Shown: positions 20,760 to 32,677 of the stretch, one piece after another
Layout: each line of letters begins with the position of its first letter
How positions within the stretch are numbered: the stretch's first letter is position 1
Source of the DNA: Candidatus Latescibacterota bacterium
GTDB lineage: Bacteria > Latescibacterota > CBDEFO01
Direction: 5' to 3'
Assembly (NCBI GenBank): GCA_965237525.1
Contig: CBDEFO010000008.1
Span: 160,001-224,000 of the forward strand
Length of the DNA stretch: 64,000 nt
Program-made: the position numbers and the translations under genes
The notes under the pieces: model-generated
Databases searched by the model: none
The model's input: only the letters and a program-made list of their open reading frames with translations
What the model was told of the DNA's origin: nothing

Positions 20760-21805
20760 ATGAGGGCACTTTCAAAGTGGGAAAGACTATCGAAAAGGCA
20801 GTAACGTTCCGCGAACAAGGTCAGTATGAGAAAGGAGTTAAGGTTGCTAAAAAGGCTTTGAAAGTAGCTGAGAAAACTTTCGGTCCAGACCATCCCTATG
20901 TGGCGACCTCCCTGAACGGTCTGGGGTTACTTTATTATTCCCAAGGCAAGTAGGACGAGGCTGAACCCCTTTTCAAGCGGGCACTGGCAATGAGGGAAGA
21001 AGCCCTTGGAAAAGATCATCCCGATGTGGCGGGCTCACTGGGCGGTCTGGGGTTACTTTATTATTCCCAGGGCAAGTATGACGAGGCTGAGCCCCTTTAT
21101 GAGCCAATATGGGAAAAAGCGCTTGGGACCACCCCAATGTGGCGGCTGGACAGTCTGGCGGATCTTTACAGGCTCAAGGCGAGTATGAAGGCTGAGCCCC
21201 TTTATAGTCCCTGAGAAAGCGCTCGGAAAAAATTCCCGATGGATGACCCAGACAATCTGGCGGAACTTTATTATCCCCGATGTCGAAGCCGAGCCTCTTT
21301 ACAAGCGGGCACTGAAGAACATTTGGTTCTGGCGGAATCTACTTTTTATTCCCAGGGCAAGTATGTCAGGAGCAACTGGCAATATGACCTTGGAAAAGAT
21401 TCTAGGCTGAGAGATCAGGGCTTTAGCCTCTTTATAAGCGGTCACTGGCAATATGCGAAAAAGGGAATCCCTATGTGGCGAAGTTACTTTATTATTCCCC
21501 AAGTATGTCGAAGTCGGCCTCTTTATAAAGACTGACATCCTTGGCAAAGACCATCCCGCTGTGGCGGTCTCCCTGACCGGTCTGGGGTTACTTTATTATT
21601 CCCAGGGCAAGTATGTCGAGGCTGAACCCCTTTTCAAGCGGTCACTGGCAATAAGGGAAGAAGTCCTTGGCAAAGACCATCCCGATGTGGCGACCTCACT
21701 GAACAATCTGGCGGAACTTTATTATTCCCAGGGCAAGTATGTCGAAGCCGAGCCTCTTTATGAGCGGTCACTGGCAATATAGACGAAAAAGCCCTTGGAA
21801 AAGAC
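20760..21805 (+). pseudogene. TPR copy 5, heavily disrupted (pseudogene or consensus error)
   Basis: RBS and ATG present; early TAA/TAG stops and many indels within recognisable repeat sequence. Confidence 0.7.
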
Positions 21806-22105
21806 CACATAGAGTTTAGCCAGGATGTGGCGCTCCTCACTAAAACAGTCTGGGGAATATACTTTATAGATTCAATCGGGGGCAGGGCAATGTATGACGA
21901 GGCTGAGGAGGTCTGCCCCGAATAATTCTATCGGCGGGTTCAATCGGGGACTCAAGAGAAGGGAGAAGCTCCTGTATACTGGGCGAACACCTGGGGAAAG
22001 CATTCATCTGTTGTAGGGGCAGACCCGTGTGTCTGCCCTGAAATGATGACTACAATGTGAGGAGGAACCCTTCCTTGATTCCTTGAACCGAAAGGAGCAC
22101 CAGAT

Positions 22106-23461
<1,356 letters not shown>

Positions 23462-23515
23462 TGGCAATATGGCACAAATTCACCTTCGGAGAATTTCCAT
23501 TTTACGGATAGCGCA

Positions 23516-24565
23516 ATGGCAAGGATAAGGGACATCGGCATAAAAATAGGCGACCTTGAAACGGGCAAACTCAACTCCATCTCTGACGTCGAGGGCACGA
23601 AAGTAGGGCACGTTGACATAGGTGATGACGGGTTAAGGACTGGAATAACAGCCGTGGTGCCTCCCGGACAAGATAAGAGGAGAAAACTCTTCATCGGAAG
23701 ATACGGCGTCAAAGACTGGGACGGAATGACAGGCTTGAGCGTAGCTGAGGACTTCGGGACGTTCTCATCTCCCGTAGTTTTGACGAGTGCTGCAAGCGTG
23801 GGCGTCGTCTATAACGCCTGCATAACCTACGGACACAAAAGAGACCGTGGGCTGCCCATAGACGCCGGATGGCCACCCGTCGTGATAGGCCTGGACGACT
23901 CCTATCTGAATGACCCTGAAAAGGAAAGAGAGATAAAGGAGGACATCCTCTTTGAATGCTTCCAGAAAGCGCAAGGAGAAAAAGTGGAAGAGGGAAACGT
24001 GGGAATCGGAAGAGGACTGTGCGCCTTCGGACTAAAAGTCGGAATCGGGCAATCGTCCAGAAAAGTCCAGGGCTACACCGTAGGCATCCTTGTAGCGTCC
24101 AACGGAGGAATCAGGAGGAGCCTCACTGTGGATGGAGTTCCGGTCGGAAGACATCTGTCTGTACCCCAGCCAGAAGGCATAGTCACAAGGTCAATCGTGG
24201 CAGTAACCGCCACAGACGCGCCATTGACCCCCAAGCAGTTGGACCACCTTTCGGAGATGACCGGAGCAGGTTTGATCAAAGGGGGATTCATAGACGCGTA
24301 TATTGACCAGGGATTGATAGTTTCTTTTTCCACTTCAAATTCCATAGACGCTCCCTTCGAGAATCAAAAGACCTACAGAATCAGATCTGTTCCCCAAGGG
24401 GAGCTCTATCCTCTCTTCGACGCTGCCATAGAAGCTGCTCAAGAGGCCGGATTGAACTCACTTACCACATCGAAAAGTGCAGAAGGCAAGGACGGACGGA
24501 CGATAAAGGCGATACCCCAAGATCAGCTCGTCGCAATAATGGGAAGATACAGGGGGACCGACTGA
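23516..24565 (+). CDS. DmpA / peptidase S58 (P1) family protein (the only intact copy)
   Basis: RIRDIGI.IG, NSISDVEGTKVGH, RTGITAVVP, EEGNVG.G.G, ATDAPL, SFST. Confidence 0.85.
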   Translation: MARIRDIGIKIGDLETGKLNSISDVEGTKVGHVDIGDDGLRTGITAVVPPGQDKRRKLFIGRYGVKDWDGMTGLSVAEDFGTFSSPVVLTSAASVGVVYNACITYGHKRDRGLPIDAGWPPVVIGLDDSYLNDPEKEREIKEDILFECFQKAQGEKVEEGNVGIGRGLCAFGLKVGIGQSSRKVQGYTVGILVASNGGIRRSLTVDGVPVGRHLSVPQPEGIVTRSIVAVTATDAPLTPKQLDHLSEMTGAGLIKGGFIDAYIDQGLIVSFSTSNSIDAPFENQKTYRIRSVPQGELYPLFDAAIEAAQEAGLNSLTTSKSAEGKDGRTIKAIPQDQLVAIMGRYRGTD

Positions 24566-25570
24566 TCATGCTCGAACCATTTCTTTCAACTTATCTATCT
24601 GCTCTTGCCTTCCCAGAACGATGAGCATATCTCCTTCCTTCAACGTGGTATGCCCCGGCGGCCTTATGGAGACCTTTCCATCTCTGTCCTTAAGTCCGAC
24701 AACGATGCACCCCGTCAGTTCCGGCTTTACAAAGATCTCGTCCAGCAGGGATTTGTCTGCCAGACTCGAGCCCGGCCTTACAAAGACCTCCTCAAGTCCT
24801 AAAGAAACGTCGTCACCGTGGACCATGACATCCAAAAAATTCACTAACGCTGGATGCAGGATTACAGAGGCCATCCTCAGTCCCCCTATTCTCGGCGGAC
24901 TTATCACTCTGTCCGCCCCCGCCCTGATCAGCTTCTCCTCCACTGTGTCGTCAGATGCCCTTGCCACTATTGCAAGGTCCGGATTCATCCCCCTTGCCGA
25001 CAGGGTCACAAAGACATTATCCGAATCTGTATCCAGAGCGGTCACCAGTCCCTTAGCCGTTTCGATTCCCGCCCTTCTCAATACCTCGTCGTTTGTAGCA
25101 TCACCCTCTACCATCAGTATGCTGCGACCATCTATCGTGAGATCCTCAGACGGTTTTCGGTCTATCACTACAAAATCTACGCCTGTCCTTACAAACTCGG
25201 ATACCACGTGTCTTCCGACCCTTCCACACCCGCAAAGTATGTAGTGCCCCTCCAGTTTCTCGATTTCCTTCTGCATCTTTCTCCCCTTCATTATGTCTGT
25301 TATCTGACCTTCCACCACAAAGGCTGTAAGATTCCCAAGAGAATAGGCAACCCATCCGACTCCCAGTACTATAAGCACCATAGTAAATGACTGCCCTAAC
25401 GTGGAAAGTCCTTTCACCTCCCTAAAGCCCACAGTAGCCATTGTTATGACCGTCATATAGAGCGAGTCGTGAAGACTCCAGTCCTCTATTAACATATATC
25501 CCAAGCTCCCGCCCACCAAAAGGAAGATCAAAATTCCCATAGAGATAAAGAGCTTGTTCAAAGGTGACAT
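24566..25570 (-). CDS. Potassium channel with TrkA-N/TrkA-C (RCK) domains
   Basis: TMATVGFREV pore motif, CGCGRVG, GDAT..EVLRRAGI, GADRVISP. Confidence 0.9.
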   Translation of the reverse strand: MSPLNKLFISMGILIFLLVGGSLGYMLIEDWSLHDSLYMTVITMATVGFREVKGLSTLGQSFTMVLIVLGVGWVAYSLGNLTAFVVEGQITDIMKGRKMQKEIEKLEGHYILCGCGRVGRHVVSEFVRTGVDFVVIDRKPSEDLTIDGRSILMVEGDATNDEVLRRAGIETAKGLVTALDTDSDNVFVTLSARGMNPDLAIVARASDDTVEEKLIRAGADRVISPPRIGGLRMASVILHPALVNFLDVMVHGDDVSLGLEEVFVRPGSSLADKSLLDEIFVKPELTGCIVVGLKDRDGKVSIRPPGHTTLKEGDMLIVLGRQEQIDKLKEMVRA

Positions 25571-25790
25571 AGATCTTCACTTTCGACTGAGTCATGTTAC
25601 GATTAGGGCTTTTTTCAAGCTACAATCTAAAATCTTACATCAATAATGTCAACTGAATTCGATAAACCTACCCAAATGTTGGAAGAGGCAAAAGTACTTG
25701 ACTTGCAATATCGTTTGCGTATATTTAGCGTCGGAACCGAACATTCTACTAATGCGAACTATTTTTTGGAAGGTGAAACGGAACGTTACG

Positions 25791-26759
25791 ATGAATCCTT
25801 CGCACCGGCTAAAGATCGTCGTTCCAGCCGACGACCCGCCGCAGATCCAAGGTTCGTCCCATCTGGAGCGGCTCAAACCCTACGGTGATGTCACGCTCTA
25901 CACTGACCGACCCTTGGCGCTATCCGAAAAGATGTCCCGCGCAAGAGACGCCGACATTATGATAAACAGTCGAGGTGCTGTCAACTGGCCCGCTGATGCC
26001 CTTTTCAAGTTGCCCAAGCTCCGTATGATCGCGACCTGTTCCATCGGCACCGACATGATAGACCTCAATGCCGCAAAGGAGCTGGGGATCGTTGTGAGCA
26101 ACCTCCCCGGTGCCACCTCTTATATTGTCGCCGAGCACGCAATAGGTCTTATGTTTGCTGCGGCAAAGCGCACAGCGTTCCAGACCTCCGAGCTGAAGGC
26201 CGGAAGCTGGACTCGGATGGACAATATACTGCTTAGAGGCAAGACGCTCGGCGTCATCGGGACAGGAAACATCGGGAAAGAGGTAGTGAGGCTCGGCCGC
26301 GCCCTCGGTATGAAAGTCATCGCCTGGACATTTCATCCCTCCTATGAAAGGCAAAAAGAGTTGGGAGTCCGGTTCGTGGAGTTGGACCAGCTGTTGAAGT
26401 CATCGGACGTGATCAGCCTCCACATCAAGCTGACCGAAGAGAGCCGTGGGATAATAGGGAAGCTCCAGATCCAATTGATGAAGCCGGGGGCGCTCTTGGT
26501 CAACTGCTCGCGCGCAGGCCTGGTGGACTCTCAGGCCCTGATAGAGGCTCTGAACTCAGGTCATCTTGGCGGCGCGGCGATAGACGCTTACGACGAGGAA
26601 CCGCTTCCGCCTGACCATCCGATTCTATCGTGCCAGCAGGTGGTGCTCACCCCCCACAATGCCGATCAGACCCCGGAGGGAGTAGACCTTTTGAACGCTG
26701 GAGCGGTGGACAACGTCATCGCCTTTTTGGAGGGACAACCGCAGAACGTAGTGACTTAA
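25791..26759 (+). CDS. D-isomer-specific 2-hydroxyacid dehydrogenase
   Basis: GKTLGVIGTGNIG, SDVISLH, LVNCSRAGLVD, LTPHNA. Confidence 0.88.
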   Translation: MNPSHRLKIVVPADDPPQIQGSSHLERLKPYGDVTLYTDRPLALSEKMSRARDADIMINSRGAVNWPADALFKLPKLRMIATCSIGTDMIDLNAAKELGIVVSNLPGATSYIVAEHAIGLMFAAAKRTAFQTSELKAGSWTRMDNILLRGKTLGVIGTGNIGKEVVRLGRALGMKVIAWTFHPSYERQKELGVRFVELDQLLKSSDVISLHIKLTEESRGIIGKLQIQLMKPGALLVNCSRAGLVDSQALIEALNSGHLGGAAIDAYDEEPLPPDHPILSCQQVVLTPHNADQTPEGVDLLNAGAVDNVIAFLEGQPQNVVT

Positions 26760-26918
26760 ACAAATAGGCAGTAGCCTCCGATCCCCGAAGGACTCAATCT
26801 GGGATTCAATCGGAGGGTAGACGCGAGACCGCTTCCTCCCTAAACCGTTACTGCGATCCGAAGCCCAGAGCGAAGCGAAGAGACTGCCAAGCAGTCTCAT
26901 TTTAGGACAGATGCAACT

Positions 26919-27587
26919 ATGAAATTCACTGACCACCTCAGAGAAAAAGCTGCACCTATATGGGAAAGAGAAATGGAGCATCCGTTCGTATCTGGCATAG
27001 GTGACGGATCGCTCCCGCTCGATAAATTCAAATACTATATGTGTCAGGACTACCTCTTTTTGATCGAATACAGTAGGCTCTTTGGGCTGGCTGTCGCAAG
27101 GTCCGATGACCTTGAAACGATGGGCAGATTTGCCGAACTCCTTTCCGCCACGCTCAACGTTGAAATGGATCTGCACAGGAGCTACGCTCGAAAGTTCGGC
27201 ATAGAAGAGGGGGAATTAGAAGATACAGTGATGTCCCCTACGACGCATGCCTACACCCGACATCTTCTGCATGTAGCCGAAACGGGGACCACTGCGGAAC
27301 TCGTGGCAGCCGTGCTCCCATGCGCCTGGGGCTACTGGGAGATCGGAACAAGACTTGCAAAGAAGGGAGAACCGAAAGCCCAACTGCTCTACGGAGAGTG
27401 GGTCAAAACTTACTCCTCACAGGAGTTCGGGGAGTTTGCCGACTGGTTGAAGGACCTGCTGGACTCGCTGTCCCACGGCCTTAACGAGCACGAACTCAGA
27501 AAACTTGAAGGGCACTTCATCACCAGTAGTAGATACGAATACATGTTCTGGGAGATGTCCTACAACGAGGAGGAATGGCCGGTCTAA
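26919..27587 (+). CDS. tenA: Thiaminase II / aminopyrimidine aminohydrolase
   Basis: HPFV, YMCQDYLFL, LPCAWGY (catalytic Cys), YEYMFWEM. Confidence 0.92.
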   Translation: MKFTDHLREKAAPIWEREMEHPFVSGIGDGSLPLDKFKYYMCQDYLFLIEYSRLFGLAVARSDDLETMGRFAELLSATLNVEMDLHRSYARKFGIEEGELEDTVMSPTTHAYTRHLLHVAETGTTAELVAAVLPCAWGYWEIGTRLAKKGEPKAQLLYGEWVKTYSSQEFGEFADWLKDLLDSLSHGLNEHELRKLEGHFITSSRYEYMFWEMSYNEEEWPV

Positions 27588-27659
27588 TTGAGGCGAGGCA
27601 TCTGTAAGTGTAGTGGCAACAATTCCCTGCATTGAGACTGAGACAAGCGGAGAGAGTTG

Positions 27660-28295
27660 CTATTCGCCGCCTCCGGGGTTTATGGGAGCCCCCTCCCAGA
27701 GTTGGAGGAATTCCTGAGCTTGTTGCGATGTGTGCAGATAAGAAAAGCGAGCCACCTGGCGTCCGATGTCCATGACCCTTTCCTGCAGTCGGTCGTCTTT
27801 CAAATTTCCCTCCTCATCGAACGCATTCCATGCCTCGGGGATAGATGCCTGTTCCGGGATGACCCACGCATGGAGCGCACGTCCGACAGTCCGCAGACTG
27901 TTCAAGGCATTCAGACCACCCATCTGTCCCCCCGATACGCCCACAAGCCCGATCATCTTGGCTTCAAACTCGTCGAACCCCATAAGGTCTAATGCGTTCT
28001 TCAACACGCCGCTGAAGCTTCCATGATATTCAGGTGTCCCCAGAATAATCCCTTGTGCCCGACTTACGTCTTCCCGCAGCTTAAAGGTGTCCTTGGGATA
28101 GGCGCTTTCGTCTTCCTTCCCATCGCACAAAATGAGGTCGTATTCTTTCAAGTCGATCAATTGGGTCCGGACACCCACCTCCTGAGCACCTTGTAATGCC
28201 ACGTTTACTGCCATGCGGGTATAGCTGCCATCTCTAAGACTCCCACAGATGCCGACGATCAGGATGTTGTTTTCCGTATGATCTATTTGATTCAC
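27660..28295 (-). CDS. NADPH-dependent FMN reductase
   Basis: GSLRDGSYT, TPEYHGSFSGVLKNALD. Confidence 0.9.
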   Translation of the reverse strand: MNQIDHTENNILIVGICGSLRDGSYTRMAVNVALQGAQEVGVRTQLIDLKEYDLILCDGKEDESAYPKDTFKLREDVSRAQGIILGTPEYHGSFSGVLKNALDLMGFDEFEAKMIGLVGVSGGQMGGLNALNSLRTVGRALHAWVIPEQASIPEAWNAFDEEGNLKDDRLQERVMDIGRQVARFSYLHTSQQAQEFLQLWEGAPINPGGGE

Positions 28296-28381
28296 GGTGA
28301 TTATCCTTCTAAAATTAACATGAAGTAAACGTCCCTCAAATACGCTAAGAACGAACCGACTATTTTACCGGATAATCACGG

Positions 28382-29023
28382 CTACAATTGTATCCCCTCA
28401 TAAAGCCCCGCTTCATAGAGGTGAGCCGTATCGTTTAGTCTTTCTATCGTACGCTCGTTCCATTGATTCGTTCTGAGCACGGTGATACTCGTCGGTGAAG
28501 CATCAAAGGATACCTCAGACAGCATATCTACCTCTAATTTCAGCCACCAGGCGAGGATGTTTATTATGGTCCCTCCATGTGTGACCAGAAGGATAAGACT
28601 CTCCTGGCTCTCGGTGAGATGTTCCACATAGTTTGACACTCTCAAATAAAATTGACGCCACGTCTCTGCCTGGGGATACGTCTGCCAATCAATGTATGGC
28701 TCTGTCCGTTCCAGAGTGTACTGCTTCGCCTCTCCTACTGTCTTACCCGCTGCGATGCCGTTGTTGAGTTCTCTCAACCGGGGAGCGAGATTTGGGGTCA
28801 TCCCCATCTCTTTGCCGAGTATCTGTGCCGTCTGAAACGCTCGCTTAAGATCGCTGCAATACAGCTTTAAGGGAGTACCCCGGATCTCACGCTTTAGTCT
28901 AGATGCAAGATGAGCGGCCTGACGACGCCCCAACTCCGTCAAACCGGTGTCTGTCCATCCTCCGGTTAAATCCTTCAAATGATGTTCCGACTGTCCATGT
29001 CGAATCAGGACAATTGATTTCAC
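28382..29023 (-). CDS. Histidine phosphatase (phosphoglycerate mutase family)
   Basis: LIRHGQS, SDLKRA.QTA, LRE, VTHGG, LNDTAHL. Confidence 0.9.
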   Translation of the reverse strand: MKSIVLIRHGQSEHHLKDLTGGWTDTGLTELGRRQAAHLASRLKREIRGTPLKLYCSDLKRAFQTAQILGKEMGMTPNLAPRLRELNNGIAAGKTVGEAKQYTLERTEPYIDWQTYPQAETWRQFYLRVSNYVEHLTESQESLILLVTHGGTIINILAWWLKLEVDMLSEVSFDASPTSITVLRTNQWNERTIERLNDTAHLYEAGLYEGIQL

Positions 29024-29277
29024 CGAATTGCTCCAGTCTTCAGGATTACACTAATCTAATTATCTGGCCTATGTCCGCGCATTTCTGAGCCAAAACAGAG
29101 ATCTCCGTAGCATTGTAATCCAATTGTTCAGGGCCTTTTCAGTCCTCTTTGCCCCGAATGTGATCTAAGCAGAGCCTGCAATCCTCAACGAAAGCATATC
29201 GTCCTGAAGACCAAGCAACGTTACTTCGACTGCCTGATTTAATCCGGGGAAGTGAAGCAATCTCCGTTAGCTTTTCT

Positions 29278-30090
29278 CTATTCCTTTTCGCTGTCTATTC
29301 TTTTTTTGGGTGCTGCAAGTCGGGAGACGAGTATGCTGATTTCGTATAGCAGGACGAGAGGTACAGCCATCATAAGTTGCGAAAGCACATCAGGAGGAGT
29401 GAGAATGGCAGCGACGATGATTATGGCGATGACAGCGTATCTTCTGCCTTTGCGCATAAGCTCAGGCGTAACAACACCTATCTTGGACAGAAGCAAAGAC
29501 AGCATCGGAAGTTCAAAGGCCGCCCCGAAAGCCAAGATGAGTCTGAGTATAAAGCTTATGTAGTCATCGATGTTGTAGCTCACCGCTATGTATTCGGGAG
29601 CCAGCCCAGCGAAAAAGTTCAATCCGATCGGCAGAATTAAAAGGTAGGATACAGAAGCTCCAACTGCAAAGCAGAAGATCGTAAGGATTACCATCCAGGG
29701 CACATATCTGCGCTCTTTTTCCAAAAGCCCGGGGGCTACGAAGGCCCAAATGTGGTAGAGTACAAGAGGAAGTGATATCATCAAACCTCCGACAAGTGAG
29801 ACATTCAATCTGACAAGGAACATGCCGATAGGCCTGACGGTTATCAACTTTATCCCCTGAGTCTTCGCCGGAAGGGTAAGAATATCAACCAGATACTCGG
29901 AAAATGCAAAGCACAAAAGCGCACCACACAGGACAGCAGACAGGGATTTGATTATCCTCCATCGCAATTCTTCCAGATGATCTAAAAAGGGCATCTCCTT
30001 GATGTCGTCGGAGCTCTCCAAAATCTGACGGGAGCCTTCGTCCCGATTCTCCTTGGAGGAGATGTCCTCAGAGTTAGCATCAGGGTTCAC
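29278..30090 (-). CDS. tatC: Twin-arginine translocase subunit TatC
   Basis: MPFLDHLEELRWR, FVAPGL..ERRY, AFELP, LTPPDV.SQ..MAVP..LLYE. Confidence 0.96.
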   Translation of the reverse strand: MNPDANSEDISSKENRDEGSRQILESSDDIKEMPFLDHLEELRWRIIKSLSAVLCGALLCFAFSEYLVDILTLPAKTQGIKLITVRPIGMFLVRLNVSLVGGLMISLPLVLYHIWAFVAPGLLEKERRYVPWMVILTIFCFAVGASVSYLLILPIGLNFFAGLAPEYIAVSYNIDDYISFILRLILAFGAAFELPMLSLLLSKIGVVTPELMRKGRRYAVIAIIIVAAILTPPDVLSQLMMAVPLVLLYEISILVSRLAAPKKRIDSEKE

Positions 30091-30158
30091 AGAATCGTCC
30101 TTATCTTGATGAGATTGAGACAGTAGACAGCATACAGGGATAGGAGGCGGTGTTCTGT

Positions 30159-30716
30159 CTACTGCTTTGGCGCATCAGCTGAGGCCCGGTGAGCAATTGC
30201 CCTGAACAGTCCCCAATTTCTGTATTTATCCTCCTTTATATTTGAAAGGCTTTCAGCAACAGAGTCGAGCTTGGAAGGGTTGATCTCCCTCCAGCCGCTT
30301 ATCTGCTCTTTATGGTCGTTCGCTTTCAAAGTGCTGTGTCCCTGTTCCTCTAACAAAAATACGTAAGTCCTGAAAGTCTTCCCACTATCGGCGAAAGAGT
30401 AATCTATAAGGGCTAAAAACCTTCTTATCCCGACTTTTAGGTTAGTCTCCTCTGTTGTCTCCCGCTGCAGGGCTGAAGGTATATCTTCATTCTCTTCTAT
30501 CCCGCCTGTAGGTATCCTATATACTCCTTCAGGATAAAAATCCTTGGTCTGGAGCAATATCTTCCCGTTCTCCCTCATCACAACTAAGGCCACTTCCGCC
30601 TTCCTCTTTCCGTTGACCGGCCCGAAATCCCCTGCAGAAAGATGTCCCTTGCGATAGATAGGCTCTCCGTATCTTTCAGATAATAATGCTATTTGATCTC
30701 TATCTGTGTCCGACAT
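30159..30716 (-). CDS. NUDIX hydrolase
   Basis: Nudix box GGIEENEDIPSALQRETTEETNL. Confidence 0.88.
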   Translation of the reverse strand: MSDTDRDQIALLSERYGEPIYRKGHLSAGDFGPVNGKRKAEVALVVMRENGKILLQTKDFYPEGVYRIPTGGIEENEDIPSALQRETTEETNLKVGIRRFLALIDYSFADSGKTFRTYVFLLEEQGHSTLKANDHKEQISGWREINPSKLDSVAESLSNIKEDKYRNWGLFRAIAHRASADAPKQ

Positions 30717-30730
30717 GGCTTAAATAAACT

Positions 30731-31789
30731 TTAAGTGACAGGAGAATAATCAATAACCTCAGAGACTACCTGCTTGACAGCGTCCAAAGCGTAGTGGACA
30801 TCGTTCCAGGTGATGTCTTTGTAAAGCGCAAACCTCACAAGGTGGGGAGTGATGGCTATGATCTGGACGCCTTTGTCCTGCATCTTCTTGCAGAAACCTT
30901 TCGCTGTGATTCCAAGACCAGCTACGTCAGCCATCACTAAATTGGTCTGAACCCTTGAAAGATCTAAGGACAGACCTTCCAGGGATGTCAAACCATCCGC
31001 AAGCAGGCACGCCTTCTGGTGATCTTCTGCCAGAGGCTGGATCATCTGCTCCAAAGCCACGATGCCCGCTGCGGCGATGACTCCCGCCTGTCTCATCTGA
31101 CCGCCCATCATTCTCCTTAGATATCTCGTCTCGGCTATCGTCCCCTCATCCGAACAGAGGATCGAGCCGACCGGAGCACACAGTCCTTTTGAAAGACAGA
31201 ACGTCACGGTATCCACGTCCTGTGTCAATTCCTTTACGTCCACGTTCAGTGCTACAGATGCGTTGAATATCCTTGCTCCATCCAGATGGGTCTTTAGACC
31301 GTACGTCCGGGCTATCTTAAGATAGGACTCCATATCGTCTCTGGACATAGCCGTCCCTCCAACAAGATTGTGGGTGTTCTCCAAGCTGATCAGGTCAATC
31401 CCCTCGGAGGCATTCAGCCTTGTCAGAAGCTCTTTCGTGTCGTCTATATCCAGGTTTCCGTTCGGGAGCTCCTCGACCTCTATGCATCTTATGCCCCCCA
31501 GCCTCGACAGCCCGAACGACTCGCATAAGGCTATGTGAGTCCGACGGCCCACAAGGGCGGCTTTCCCCGCTTCGACGTTAGCCATAATCCCCAGCATATT
31601 TCCCATCATTCCACTCGGCACGTACAGGCCATCTTCCTTACCCAGCATCTGTGAGGCCATCGTTTCGAGTCTGTTGACCGTAGGATCTTCGCCGTACCCG
31701 TCGTTTCCTACAGAGGCTTCTTTCATCGCCACTCTCATAGCCTCTGTGGGACGGGACGATGTATCTGTACGCATATCGATCGTATTCAT
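30731..31789 (-). CDS. ltaE: Low-specificity L-threonine aldolase family protein
   Basis: GEDPTVNRLE, PSGMMGN, LENTHN, HLDGARIFNA, CLSKGLCAPVGS, GGQMRQAG. Confidence 0.88.
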   Translation of the reverse strand: MNTIDMRTDTSSRPTEAMRVAMKEASVGNDGYGEDPTVNRLETMASQMLGKEDGLYVPSGMMGNMLGIMANVEAGKAALVGRRTHIALCESFGLSRLGGIRCIEVEELPNGNLDIDDTKELLTRLNASEGIDLISLENTHNLVGGTAMSRDDMESYLKIARTYGLKTHLDGARIFNASVALNVDVKELTQDVDTVTFCLSKGLCAPVGSILCSDEGTIAETRYLRRMMGGQMRQAGVIAAAGIVALEQMIQPLAEDHQKACLLADGLTSLEGLSLDLSRVQTNLVMADVAGLGITAKGFCKKMQDKGVQIIAITPHLVRFALYKDITWNDVHYALDAVKQVVSEVIDYSPVT

Positions 31790-32107
31790 AAGTCAGGTAC
31801 CTCCCCTACCCAGAGATCGCTTCGAAGTCTCACTCTTCAAAATGACTGAAAAACTCACTAGGGAATAAACTGTCATTGGGAGTGATAGCAAAGCAATCTC
31901 GTAGACAGTAGACAAAGACGCATTTCCCCTCCCTCAAACGAACCACAGATGGTGCGAATACTTATGAAGTCTGGGAGAAGTTAGGTGTTAATATAAAAGG
32001 AAAGTCTCTAAAGGTCAAGGTGTTCTGTACCCTTCGTGCAGCCGACACTTACATCACAGAAGATGCTCCGGTAGTGTTCGCCTGAAAATATGGAAACCAC
32101 ACATTTG

Positions 32108-32677
32108 CTAATAGAACAGAAAGTTGAGGGCGGATATCAGGAAAAACGCCATTATCGAAAATCTGAATGTCCGTTCGTTCAATCTTCCCACTATAAACTT
32201 TCCTAACATGACTCCCAATGCGCCTGCAAAAGCCGCTATTGTGCCGATGATTAAAACCTTCTCATCGTAGAGTCCAATTTGAGAGTAAATAAATATCTTC
32301 GGAATCATCATAGACAGCGCAATCGCTCCAAGTGTTCCGACTAAAGATTCTTTCGAGAGTCCGTACGCCAAAAGGAAAGGTGCCATAATCGGTCCAAACG
32401 TGTGCATAATCCCCGAGATGTATCCCGCAGGAAGAGCCGCAAGTGTAAGTCCGCCAACACCGACTCTAAAATCCCTTCCCTTTTTCATCGTTTGAGACGC
32501 AATGTATAAGACCAACAGGGAGCCGACTATCCTTTTCAGAGCTTCTGAGGGTAGATATACCAGGGAATAAGCCCCCACTATGCTCCCGAAAATGCTCCCT
32601 GTCAAGGAGACCCCTAACGCCTTCAAATGCAAATCTTTGCGAAATGCATACGTCCTTACGGCGTTGGTAAATACTAA
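32108..32677 (-). pseudogene. TauE/SafE (TSUP) family permease lacking its 5' end, abutting an IS
   Basis: Hydrophobic AGYISG...GPIMAPFLL pattern; removing the IS extends the frame only about 16 codons before a stop. Confidence 0.7.

Noticed and set aside
26760..26918. TPP riboswitch upstream of tenA
   Set aside because: The CUGAGA and ACCUGAU core motifs are absent; the region consists of degenerate palindromic repeats.
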